62,860 nt of DNA, filler included, from Nitrospinae bacterium RIFCSPLOWO2_12_FULL_45_22 (GCA_001803565.1; 3 parts of 3 records of this genome joined end to end with filler, not necessarily neighbours in it), one strand, 5' to 3'. Positions 44,485-54,680 are shown, numbered from the whole stretch's first letter. The notes: a model not told the origin generated them from the sequence alone. Numbers and translations are program-made.

Positions 44485-45252
44485 TTGACGAGAAGCTGGG
44501 TTTTTCTATTGTTAGGTTTGTTTTCTATCACCCTACCTGGTTCTATTTGTCTGGCTGATAACCGGGTAGCGGTTCGACCCCAGACCACCAGCGAACAGTC
44601 CTACCAAAGGGTTACAGAAAAAGAGATACAGGAAATAGTGAGAGAGTCTATAACAGATAATATGCCGGGAGAGTTAGGCCAGATTAAGATAAAGGACATT
44701 AAGATCTACCCGGCTAAAGAGGTGGTTTTGTCCCCGGGAAAGCTATCCTACCAGGTTTTCGCCCAGAGGGGGAGCAACTTTCTGGGCCCTACCTATTTTG
44801 ATATCCTGTTTAACATTGATGACCGTTTGGAGAAGAAGGTTAGGGCTATGGCTTACCTGGAGGCAATAGAAAAAGTTGTGGTTACCCGAAAACCACTGGG
44901 CCGCCACCAGCTAATTACCCCGAACGATATCATTAGTAAAGAAATGAACTTGGCCAAACTTCCTTCAAACGTCATCCTTGACCCCAGTCAGGTTATAGGA
45001 AAAAGGACTAAGGCTATTGTTGATCCCTATACACCATTGACAGCAGCCATTATAGAGCTGCCACCATTGGTAAAAAGACGAAAATTAGTAAAGATTGTGG
45101 CAGAGACTGAAAATCTTAGGGTAACAACTTTGGGCGAAGCTCGGCAGGATGGTCGGGAAGGGGAGGTCATAAAAGTGCTTAATACTTCCTCGCAAAAGGA
45201 GATCTATGGCCGGGTGATAGATGCCAATACCATCAAAATAGAACTTTATTAA
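44485..45252 (+). CDS. flgA: P-ring assembly chaperone FlgA
   Basis: Signal peptide, SAF domain, PPLVKR..LV.I, GEARQDGREGEVIKVLN. Confidence 0.92.
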   Translation: MTRSWVFLLLGLFSITLPGSICLADNRVAVRPQTTSEQSYQRVTEKEIQEIVRESITDNMPGELGQIKIKDIKIYPAKEVVLSPGKLSYQVFAQRGSNFLGPTYFDILFNIDDRLEKKVRAMAYLEAIEKVVVTRKPLGRHQLITPNDIISKEMNLAKLPSNVILDPSQVIGKRTKAIVDPYTPLTAAIIELPPLVKRRKLVKIVAETENLRVTTLGEARQDGREGEVIKVLNTSSQKEIYGRVIDANTIKIELY

Positions 45253-45273
45253 GTTTTTTAATAATTCATGTAT

Positions 45274-45412
45274 AACTGCAGACGCCGAGGCGCGGAGAAT
45301 AAAGTTGATGCCGTGTCCGTTAAGAGAGTTACCTTTTCTTCCCACGGACACGAATCACAGATACGGATCACGAAAGTATGTTTTCTCTGCGTCTCTGTGC
45401 CTCTGCGGTGAA
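45274..45412. repeat. Nested palindrome: 9-nt GCAGAG-type shell with an internal CCGTGTCCG/CACGGACACG element
   Basis: AACTGCAGACGCCGAGGCGCGGAGAA / TTCTCTGCGTCTCTGTGCCTCTGCGGTGAA. Confidence 0.75.
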
Positions 45413-45442
45413 AGATTGTGTTAAATGAGAGAGGATATTCTT

Positions 45443-46156
45443 ATGAAGAAATTGAGTCGACTGATCTCAGGGTGCTGGATTATTATCTTCATGCTCTGCA
45501 TCGGATGCGCCACTACCCGCAAACAAGTTGATACTGAAGAGAGCTATGGCAGGGTCACTGCGGGACAGCCAACCCAGAAAACACTCCCTCAGACCGAAGG
45601 ATCTCTATGGCCCGGTGAGAACCAGTTCAATACCATGTTTATGGATAGTAAGGCCCGCCGGGTAGGTGATATTGTTACTATCCGGGTGGTAGAGGTAGCG
45701 GAGGCATCCAAAGAAGCTACTACTTCCACCGGCCGTAATTCCACCATTGATGTAGGGATAGATAGTATCTTTGGTATAGAAAAAAATATTGCCACTATAA
45801 ATAAGGGCATTGACCCGTCCAAATTAATAGCAACCCGAGCCAGTAGCGGTTTTGAGGGTACGGGTGCTACTACCCGGAAAGGGAGCCTCACTACTTCTAT
45901 CAGCGCTATTGTCAAAGAGACACTTCCTAATGGGAATCTAATTATAGAAGGCAGACGAAAACTTGTGGTAAACAATGAGACCCAAATCCTTATCCTGCAA
46001 GGCATGGTCAGGCCAGAAGACATATCACCGGCTAATGTAGTATTATCCACGGCCATTGCTGATGCTAAAATAGTCTATACCGGCAGAGGTATTATCGCCG
46101 ATAAGCAGAGGCCGGGTTGGTTTATTCAGATTTTAGACCTGATTTGGCCTTTCTAA
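45443..46156 (+). CDS. flgH: Flagellar L-ring lipoprotein FlgH
   Basis: Lipobox CIGC, GSLW, DSKARRVGDIVTI, GMVRPEDI, WPF C-terminus. Confidence 0.96.
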   Translation: MKKLSRLISGCWIIIFMLCIGCATTRKQVDTEESYGRVTAGQPTQKTLPQTEGSLWPGENQFNTMFMDSKARRVGDIVTIRVVEVAEASKEATTSTGRNSTIDVGIDSIFGIEKNIATINKGIDPSKLIATRASSGFEGTGATTRKGSLTTSISAIVKETLPNGNLIIEGRRKLVVNNETQILILQGMVRPEDISPANVVLSTAIADAKIVYTGRGIIADKQRPGWFIQILDLIWPF

Positions 46157-46167
46157 TGAAACGGTGG

Positions 46168-46250
46168 GAACACGAATTACACAAATATGCGAATAGCACG
46201 ACTGAGAAGGGCCATAAAAGCTATTGGTGTTATTCGGCCATTCGTGGTTA
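46168..46250. repeat. CACGAA/TTCGTG-type palindromic element
   Basis: AACACGAATTACACAAATATGCGAATAGCACGA ... TATTCGGCCATTCGTGGTT. Confidence 0.55.
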
Positions 46251-46287
46251 AATCTTTGATTTTGTGCTTCTACACAAGAAGGTTACT

Positions 46288-47400
46288 ATGAAAAGGATAT
46301 TATTTCGACTTCCAGCTATGGTTTGTCTGCTAGCGTGGCTGATCCATGCTGGGCCGGCATGGGCTATAAGGGTTAAAGATATCGCTCAGATAGGGGGGGT
46401 CAGATATAACCAATTAGTAGGTTACGGCCTGGTAGTGGGGTTAAGTGGTTCTGGAGACCGGGAAGGGACCGAGTTTACGGTTCAGTCTCTAGTGAGTATG
46501 TTGCGAAAAATGGGTGTTACTGTGGATCCTCAAGAAGTAAAAGTAAAGAATGTAGCAGCCGTGATGGTCACAACTAACCTACCCCCCTTTGCTAAACCCG
46601 GTAGCCGGATAGATGTTCAGGTCTCTTCCATGGGAGATGCCCGTAGTCTCCAGGGAGGCACCTTGCTCCTTACACCCATGCGGGGTGCTGATGGGCAGGT
46701 GTATGCTGTTGCCCAGGGGCCACTATCTATCGGCGGCTTTAGTTTTGGTGGTGCCGCAGGGGGTGGTGTACAAAAGAATCATCCTACCGTTGGCCAGATA
46801 CCCGCTGGGGCTATAGTAGAAAAGGTTGTTCCAGGAGAATTTGATGACAAGAAAACCCTTACTGTCTCTCTCCATGGCCCGGATTTCACCACCGCCCAGC
46901 GTCTGACCTGGGCCATCAACAGCCGGTTTGGTAAACAAATGGCCCGGGCGATTGATTCTAATACGGTTGTGGTACAAATTCCTGATTATTATCCTGGGGG
47001 CGCAGTGGAGCTTGCCGCCGCCATAGAAAACTTAGATATAGTCCCTGATGCGGCTGCTAAAGTAGTTATTGATGAGCGGACAGGGACAGTAGTCATGGGG
47101 GAAAATGTCCGTATCTCTACTCTAGCTATCTCTCACGGCAACCTTACTATAGAGATAAAAGAGCAACCGCGGGTATCTCAACCCTTACCTTTCTCTGGCG
47201 GGACAACCCAGGTGATTCCTGAGTCTGAGGTCACGGTTAAAGAAGAAAAAAATAATCTGATAGTGGTCCCAGCCGGAGTGAGTATAGGAGAAGTAGTAAA
47301 AGCCCTGAATGCCATAGGCGCAACTCCCCGGGACCTTATTGCCATCCTCCAGGCTATTAAAGCCGCTGGGGCCTTACAGGCAGAGTTAGAAATTATGTGA
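46288..47400 (+). CDS. flgI: Flagellar P-ring protein FlgI
   Basis: RVKDIAQIGGVRYNQLVGYGLVVGL, ERTGTVVMG, ILQAIKAAGALQAEL. Confidence 0.98.
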   Translation: MKRILFRLPAMVCLLAWLIHAGPAWAIRVKDIAQIGGVRYNQLVGYGLVVGLSGSGDREGTEFTVQSLVSMLRKMGVTVDPQEVKVKNVAAVMVTTNLPPFAKPGSRIDVQVSSMGDARSLQGGTLLLTPMRGADGQVYAVAQGPLSIGGFSFGGAAGGGVQKNHPTVGQIPAGAIVEKVVPGEFDDKKTLTVSLHGPDFTTAQRLTWAINSRFGKQMARAIDSNTVVVQIPDYYPGGAVELAAAIENLDIVPDAAAKVVIDERTGTVVMGENVRISTLAISHGNLTIEIKEQPRVSQPLPFSGGTTQVIPESEVTVKEEKNNLIVVPAGVSIGEVVKALNAIGATPRDLIAILQAIKAAGALQAELEIM

Positions 47401-47413
47401 GAGGGGGAGAGAA

Positions 47414-48380
47414 ATGGCTATAAATCCGGTTATATCGGGTGGAAATTATTGGCCAAAACAGGGTGTAGAGACCAGAGTCAGGGATCTCCAGGAGGCTTCT
47501 GTCCTTGCCCAGGACCTTCCCCAGCCTGAAGAGAGTCTGGACCTACAAAAGGCCTGTCAGGAATTTGAATCCATCTTTATCCACTTTCTTCTGAAAACCA
47601 TGCGAGAATCTATCCCGACCGGGACTCTTTTAGACAAAGCTCCGGGCGAAGATATGTATGCTAGTTTGTTTGACCAGGAGCTAGCTAAAAATATAGCTCA
47701 GCGGGGTGGGATAGGTATATCTCAGATGCTGCTACGAGAATTATCTAGCCCGAATCACATAATCAAGCCCCTTGATACTACCCTACCTTGTCTGATAAAA
47801 CCTCTGGGAGATAAAGAGCAGCCCGGAGAAGGGGACTCTTTATCGCAGGCTGCTGTTCTTCCAGGGCCTGATCTAACTCCTGCTATACCTTCTGGAGATA
47901 AACCGAAAGAGACAAGCGACAATTACCCCATCAAGACCTGGCTCAGCAATGGGGTAGGGAGGATAGAAGAAAAAGCAAATGAAACAGGCAAAAAATATCC
48001 AGGATATGTCCTGAATTTAAACGGAGAGCTAACCTCCCCCTTTGGATTGCGGAAGGACCCCTTTAATGATAAGGTCTGCTTTCATGCAGGTATTGATCTG
48101 GCAATGGCTGTTGGTTCAGAGGTTAGGGCTGCCTATTCCGGTAAAGTGATATTTAGCGGCTGGAGGGGTGGCTATGGGAACATGGTTGTTTTGCAACATG
48201 ATAACAATTATACTACTTCATATGCCCATAATGCCAAAAACCTGGTTAGTGAAGGTGATGTAATAGAAGGGGGGCAAGCTATTGCCCTGGCAGGAGATAC
48301 TGGGCGGGCTACTGGCCCTCACCTCCATTTCGAGCTTAGAGAGAGTGGAATTCCTATTGACCCGGCAAAAGTTGTTGACT
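47414..48380 (+). CDS. flgJ: FlgJ rod-binding domain fused to an M23 peptidase (3'-truncated by the contig end)
   Basis: LQKACQEFESIFIHFLLKTMR...GIGISQML, then SPFGLRKDPF, HAGID, YAH, TGPHLHFE. Confidence 0.88.
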
Positions 48381-48480
48381 NNNNNNNNNNNNNNNNNNNN
48401 NNNNNNNNNNNNNNNNNNNNNNNNTTAATTAATTAANNNNNNNNNNNNNNNNNNNNNNNNNNNNNNNNNNNNNNNNNNNN
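48381..48480. other. Artificial contig linker
   Basis: N44-TTAATTAATTAA-N44. Confidence 0.97.
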
Positions 48481-51400
48481 GCTTCCTTCTATATCATAGT
48501 TTTTAGAGGCATACCCTACATAGATATTGTAATGATCTATATCTGTCTCCTTATTGGCTTGCCATTGGATAAAAACGGTCTTACCTTCGACCGCCGCCTT
48601 TAAACCCGTAGGTGCACTGGGGGCCTGGATAGAAGGAGCAGTAGTGGTAAAACTCCATACTGGCCCCACTATGAAGGCCCCATGATTATCAAAGGCCACT
48701 ATCTGCCAGTAATAGGTAGCGGAATAATTTAGGGTACCAGGATTAAAACTGGTGGTGCCATGTTCGTGCTTTACTTCGGGAGGGTTGCTGGTGGTACCGA
48801 AATAGAGGTTATAGATAACCGTATCGCCAGCATCAGGATCACCGCTGGACCACCTCAGTACAGTATTAACAGCAATGCCTGTAGAGCCATGGGCGGGCTC
48901 AAGGATAGTGGGTATATCAGGGGGATGGTTATCATTAATCTGAGAGTATTTAATGATGGTATAATCAAAGATATTGTCCCCGGTCCGACTACTAGAACCA
49001 GCCACATATATGTTACCATTGTTATCTAATGCTAGGCCATTAGGTATATCAGAGCCTCCATCATATCTGACCACCCATAGCCTATTCCCTTCGGTATCAA
49101 ACTTGATTGTTATAAAATCAGAACTGGAATTTGTGGACACATATACGTCACCACTTANNNNNNNNNNNNNNNTATATCTAAGGCCATGGAACAATTTGAG
49201 CCGCTATAATCTGTGAAATCGCCTGTTCCTCGCCTTTTCCATATCTGGTTTCCATCTTTGTCATATTTACTAATATAGTTACAAGCATTACTTAAGACAT
49301 AGACGTTATCACTGCTATCTATCTTCAGTGACTTACCAGCAAATTCCGTTTCCCATACCTGTTTTCCATCCTTATCATACTTGGCGGTTCCAGTGGGGCT
49401 AGTGACGAAGAGGTTGCCACTGCTATCCGATACTAAACCAAACCCTACGGAATAAAACCCGCTCCCCTCGCCCCTATTAATTTTCCAGAGTTGGTTACCA
49501 TCTGGATCATATTTTATAATAATTGAGCCCAAATACCCCACTGTCGGATACGTGCCTATATAGACATTACCCATGCTGTCCGCCGCCAATGCAATGGAAT
49601 CAATTTTTACAAGATCAGCATAGCCTAAAAGATAGGTCTTTATCCAGAGCTGGTTTCCGTTGGGGTCATGTTTGCTAGTAAGCATATATAAGCAACTCTC
49701 CCCCATCCCACCACTGCACCTACCAGTACTTATTCCGGTTACATAGACATTGCCGCTATTATCTATGGCGATCTTATAAGGCCGGTCAGCAAGATTATAG
49801 TAATAACCATATAATTCATATCCTCCGTCGTCTATAGCTACCCAGAGCTGGTTTCCATCGGGATCATATTTGATAGTAGTAAAATCATAGGAGGAAGTAT
49901 CTACGTTATAGCGAGTCCCGGTGACATAGATATTGTCCCTATTATCTATAACCACGGCTTGGACCTTATCGCCCTTTGTGCCTGAATCATACCTGGCTAC
50001 CCAGACTTGTTTACCCTGAGGGTCATACTTGATAGTAGCGGAATAAGAGGCAGTATCTTGGCTGCTGCTATAGCCAGTTACATATATATTACCCTGGCTA
50101 TCTAAAGCCAGATCAGTGATATAGTCATTACCTCCCGCAGGATTATCATAGGTAACCTGCCATATTTTATTCCCATCAGTATTGTATTTGATGGTGGCAT
50201 AGTCATCATTCACGGATCCCCCCATATAGACATTACCATTGCTATCAACCGCCAACTTAGTAGGAGATTTATTAGCATTCGGGATACTGTCTTCCCAGAG
50301 CATTTTGCCATCGGGGGAATATTTGATAGTTATTATGTTATAGCCTGAATCACTACTGTTAGCTATATATCCACTGACATATAGATTCCCAGCGCTATCT
50401 ACGGCCAGAGCAGTGGGCTGGGCCTTACCTTCGTAGCGATTTACCCAGAGTTCATTGCCATTAGGGTCATACTTGATAATATTGATATGGTTTCCAGGAT
50501 CATAACGAGCACCACCTGCTATGTAGACATTACCGCCTTTATCTACCGCCAGCGCCGTAGCCATGCAGACATGACCGCACTCGCTATAAGTGGGTTTATA
50601 GCGGGCTACCCAGAGCTGATTCCCTTCAGGGTCATATTTGATGGTACCATATCCTGCTGGGATTGGGCCATACATACTATAGCCAGTGATATAGATATTA
50701 TTGTTGGTATCTATGACGAGGCTACTTGGATAATCACCAATCCCCCCATCGTAGGTGGCTATCCATATCTGTCTCCCATCGGAATCATACTTAATGGTGC
50801 AATAATCCTCATAATATCCGTTGTTATCAGGAACCCATCCACTCACATAAATATTGTCATTGCTATCTACTGCGATATCACGGGCTTCCCCATAAATATA
50901 CCCGCCTACTCTTTGCTTACTGTATCTGCTTATCCATTGCTGGCTCCCATGAGAATCATATTTGATAGTAATAATCTCAGTAGAGTTACCAGTAGCACCT
51001 GTCACAGCCATATAGATATTGCCTTTACTATCCGCAGTTAGGAAATTGCGCTCCCGAGGAACGACTTCAGCATATCTGGCCACCCAAAGTTGATTACCAT
51101 TAGGATCGTAATTAATAATGTCATACCCTTGGGAGCTGGCTCCGGTAACATAAACATTTCCACTAATATCTATAGCCATGTCCATAGCAGAGTCACTACT
51201 TCCTGAATCATACCTGGTAACCCAGAGTCGATTACCTTGAGAGTCATATTTGATAGTGGCATAGTCATTATCACTGGTTCCTGTGACATAGAGATTTCCG
51301 CTATCATCTATGGTCATGGCAACAATAGTATCAGACCCACCTAAGGGACTATCATAACTTGCTACCCATTCTTCCTTCACCACCTCATGGGCCATAACCA

Positions 51401-51509
51401 AAGGGATAAATAAAGGCAGAGTCAATAGAAAAACACCGAAGATACAGGTAACGAATCTTTTGCCAAACAAATAAGCTCCGTGTCGCCAAAGTTTCGAGAT
51501 CTTTATCAT
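48481..51509 (-). CDS. Secreted SBBP-type beta-propeller repeat protein with C-terminal Fn3-like domains (3'-truncated)
   Basis: Signal peptide; 16 repeats of D..GN.YVTG...TIKYD..GNQLW; then NHPPDIP...YYWQIVA..VWSFTT and APSAPTGL. The two ORFs join (ALDI-SGDVY) if the gap at 49158-49172 is collapsed. Confidence 0.88.
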
Positions 51510-51580
51510 TATCAATTGGTTAAAGAGGTTTTCTCGGGAGCATGACCGTTAATTTTACCCATTAATTTTGGCCTCAAAGA

Positions 51581-51708
51581 GATATGCGCGGCCGCATTAC
51601 TCCTAGATATGCTTCTGGTTTCTCCGTAAGACCAGCTCGCGCAGGGTTGAGTTCCACGTACCGTGTAGCAACCAATAGATAGCTATCATCCATAGGAAAT
51701 GAGGCAAA
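51581..51708 (-). pseudogene. REP-associated tyrosine transposase (RAYT/TnpA-REP, Y1 HUH) fragment
   Basis: FASFPMDDSYLLVATRYVELNPARAGLTEKPEAY, then a frameshift to RSNAAAHI, matching the RAYT signature YxxxNPxxAG...Y.WSS. Confidence 0.85.
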
Positions 51709-51758
51709 TTTTCTCTGCGGTGAACGGTCACCATTTGTGGCCGTAAGGCCATGAAGGT

Positions 51759-52880
51759 TTACTCGAATTTGTTTTTGCCAGGTAAAAGCACTAGGGCCTT
51801 CCCCTGGGCAGTAGTCTCGCCCCGTTGGTTCTCAGCCCATACCTGACATTCTACCATAGGTGACCCATCTTGTAGATATTTGTTGATCACCTTGCCGCGG
51901 CACCAGGTAGTATCCCCCACTATATTAAAGCGGCGCACTTCTACCTCCAGCTTCCGCAAGAATCCGTCGTCGCCCATCCAGTTAGTCATCAACTGGCCTA
52001 ACCACGAAATCCTCTGCGGACCGTAGTCGTATGCGGCCGGGGCCCCTACTTGCCGGGCAAAGTCATTGTCCCAATGGACCCGTTCTGGTACATCGGGTAT
52101 GCCATAAGGGTCGGGTAGAGCTGCTGCGGGGTGACGGAGGCGGTATTCTAAACCCCGGCGATGGGCCCGGATGAAAAGCCCACCCCATCCCATGAGCCAG
52201 GCTAGCATATCAGTGATAGTAAGAGGCCCTTTAACGATGGGGGTTAACTCGTCCCCACAGTCTACCTCTTCCCAATAGCGGGGTTGGGCGCCCCGGACCT
52301 CTTCCCGATCATAATCGGTCTCAATGGCTTTCAATTGCTCATCGGTATAACTCTGCCGGGTTATAGCTTTATATTTCCCTTTCTCCCTGGCAGTATCCCG
52401 CTCTGACCTTATACAGAAGGACTCAGCCCGGGCCACTATCTCCTGAGCCTGGTTTCTGAAGACCGTTTCATATCCCTGCAGAAAAGTACGGCCAGCAAAC
52501 TCACTCCGTTTCTCTTCTAACCGGCTCAAATAGCTACTCCCAATAATATGGTCCCCTAGCTTAACGGGCAAGAACCACTCCCAATTAGTCCCGGCAAACA
52601 TGGCATGAACCCCCGGTAATCCCCCCACATTACCGCTGGCAATAAGATCGGTGCTGTATAATATGCATGGTGGAGCTATTATGGTTTTATATCTGCTTTT
52701 CCGGGCATATTCTTCATCCGTCCATAGGGGATTAGTATCACCTATGCCGTAAACAAAATGTCTAATCGCGTCTTTGCTAATCCTTTCTATATGGGGCTGC
52801 TGTCGTGGGACTTCTATCCCAATCCGCTTGCGCAATATAGCCAACTCTTCATCGTTTATCCGGGCATAACGGCTCTCCAT
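51759..52880 (-). CDS. Double hot-dog MaoC-like dehydratase
   Basis: DAIRHFVYGIGDTNPLW, APP, AGTNWEW; second domain RVHWDNDFARQVG...YDYGPQR, GDTTWCRGKV. Confidence 0.88.
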   Translation of the reverse strand: MESRYARINDEELAILRKRIGIEVPRQQPHIERISKDAIRHFVYGIGDTNPLWTDEEYARKSRYKTIIAPPCILYSTDLIASGNVGGLPGVHAMFAGTNWEWFLPVKLGDHIIGSSYLSRLEEKRSEFAGRTFLQGYETVFRNQAQEIVARAESFCIRSERDTAREKGKYKAITRQSYTDEQLKAIETDYDREEVRGAQPRYWEEVDCGDELTPIVKGPLTITDMLAWLMGWGGLFIRAHRRGLEYRLRHPAAALPDPYGIPDVPERVHWDNDFARQVGAPAAYDYGPQRISWLGQLMTNWMGDDGFLRKLEVEVRRFNIVGDTTWCRGKVINKYLQDGSPMVECQVWAENQRGETTAQGKALVLLPGKNKFE

Positions 52881-52997
52881 ACTATTGCCTCCTATGGGAA
52901 AATCTGGTTGACAGAAATGCTATTTATATGCTAAAAAAATGCCTGAATTCATAAGGGTGTGACTATTCTTTATTATAAAGCCTATGTAATGTAATTT

Positions 52998-53049
52998 GTA
53001 GTGGTCGAGCTTGCTCGACATTCCTTGGCAGAGCAAGCTTTGCCACTAG
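52998..53049. repeat. REPIN-like inverted pair of GTAG-REPs
   Basis: GTAGTGGTCGAGCTTGCTCGAC-ATTCCTTG-GCAGAGCAAGCTTTGCCACTAG. Confidence 0.85.
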
Positions 53050-53128
53050 GTGAGGGGGGATTTGATATCAACTTATTTATATCGTTTACTATAGTTCTAT
53101 TACTTATTACTTTGATGGAGGATACTGG

Positions 53129-53419
53129 ATGGATATGAGCGATCCCTTTAAAGGACTGGTTACCCGGAAGATGACCCTGGAGGAACTGGCCCGGGCTATC
53201 CGCCAGGATATCGCTGCAGAGCTAGATGCCATAAACCTTTATCAAGCCCATATTGATGCTACAGACAATGAGCCGGCCAAAAAAATTTTAGCCCATGTCC
53301 GGGACGATGAGAAAGAGCATGTAGCCGAGTTTATGGAGCTATTAAGGATATTGGACCCAGGCCAGGCCGAAAAGCTAGACCTGGCTCCGGCCGAAATTAA
53401 AAAGGCCCTCTCTGAATAG
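53129..53419 (+). CDS. Ferritin-like protein, encapsulated-ferritin (EncFtn/Flp) type
   Basis: RAIRQDIAAELDAINLY...HVRDDEKEHVAEFMELLRILDP two-helix half-ferritin; RBS GGAGG. Confidence 0.88.
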   Translation: MDMSDPFKGLVTRKMTLEELARAIRQDIAAELDAINLYQAHIDATDNEPAKKILAHVRDDEKEHVAEFMELLRILDPGQAEKLDLAPAEIKKALSE

Positions 53420-53467
53420 TACACAATAGCGCCAGTTTAGCTAAATAAAGTGTCCAAAAAGTCTTTT

Positions 53468-53574
53468 GTAGTGGTCGAGCCTTCGGCCTCGAGAGCTTGC
53501 CCTGAGCCTCCCGAAGGGGCCTCAGCCCGAAGGCTTGCTCGACATCTTTACGCAGAGCAAGCCCTGCCACTACA
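53468..53574. repeat. Same REPIN as 52998-53049, carrying nested insertions
   Basis: GTAGTGGTCGAGC[CTTCGGCC...GCCCGAAGGC]TTGCTCGAC...GCAGAGCAAGCCCTGCCACTACA. Confidence 0.85.
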
Positions 53575-53750
53575 GATTCCTCTCGACCATTAGGTTATTT
53601 ATTTCAGTATTAACCAAATTTACTTATTGGCAACACTAACACCTCTTCCTTTCTCCCCCAGCCCGATAAAATGCGACCCTGGAATCTGTTTGACTTAGTT
53701 AACAGGCCCTGTTAGATTAATTTTAGGGTAAATTTATAGGGTAGATTTAT

Positions 53751-54680
53751 ATGAATGGGATTATTTGTCTGGAAAATATCCGAAAACAATATGGCAATTT
53801 GGTAGCCGTAGAGGATATCTCTTTTGAACTAGAACCCGGGAGTATCTTCGGTTTATTAGGACCCAATGGTGCGGGGAAAACCACCCTATTAAAGATTCTG
53901 ACTACTTTGTTAAGGCCCACCTCGGGTAATGCCTATATCTTTAATTATGATATTGCCCGGGAGGGACTAAAGATCAGGCGCTTGATTGGGGTAGTATTTC
54001 AGGAAAACAATCTGGATCGCTACCTTACGGCCCGAGAAAACCTTGTCCTACATGCTAAGATGCACCGGATGGCTAAGAGGGATTATCAGAAAAAAATCTC
54101 TGAGCTGTTGACCTTGACCGGGTTAAGCAATCGCCAGGACGAATATCCAGACAAGTTTTCTGGTGGTATGCAGCGCCGGCTAGCCGTGGCCCGGGCCTTA
54201 GTCCATAGTCCTAAATTATTATTCCTGGATGAGCCTACTACCGGCTTAGACCCACAGGCTAAAAGAGTGGTGTGGGATTATCTGGTCTCCCTGAAAGGAC
54301 AAACCACTATCTTTCTTACTACCCACAATATGGAAGAGGCGGAAGAGCTATGCGACCGGATAATTATCATGGATCATGGCCGGGCCTTAATTGATGGTCC
54401 TAGCTCTAAACTCAAGACTATTATCGGAGATTCTTGCTTATATGAGATCGAATTTATAGACAAGGAAGAATATTATCTTCACCGGCTGAAAGAGCTGGAT
54501 TATATAGAACGGTATCGGACGGTAAATGGCCGGGTTGAGATTGTTTTTAAAAACCCTGAATCTATCAAGTCCCTGCTCTCGATATTGGATTTCAGGGATA
54601 TAAAGAAGCTAGGCATCAAAGAGCCTTCTCTTGAAGATGTCTTTCTCTACCTTACCGGGAAGGAGATAAGAGAATGCTGA
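53751..54680 (+). CDS. ABC-2 exporter ATP-binding subunit (DrrA/NodI-like)
   Basis: GPNGAGKTT, FSGGMQRR, LFLDEPTTGLDP, EPSLEDVFLYLTG. Confidence 0.95.
   Translation: MNGIICLENIRKQYGNLVAVEDISFELEPGSIFGLLGPNGAGKTTLLKILTTLLRPTSGNAYIFNYDIAREGLKIRRLIGVVFQENNLDRYLTARENLVLHAKMHRMAKRDYQKKISELLTLTGLSNRQDEYPDKFSGGMQRRLAVARALVHSPKLLFLDEPTTGLDPQAKRVVWDYLVSLKGQTTIFLTTHNMEEAEELCDRIIIMDHGRALIDGPSSKLKTIIGDSCLYEIEFIDKEEYYLHRLKELDYIERYRTVNGRVEIVFKNPESIKSLLSILDFRDIKKLGIKEPSLEDVFLYLTGKEIREC

Noticed and set aside
49155-49194. Apparent two-gene split of the beta-propeller protein
   Set aside because: A scaffold gap; merging on the shared TA yields a continuous ALDISGDVYV repeat.
48481-51509. Diversity-generating retroelement target
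   Set aside because: No reverse transcriptase and no template/variable repeat pair differing at adenines was seen in the window.
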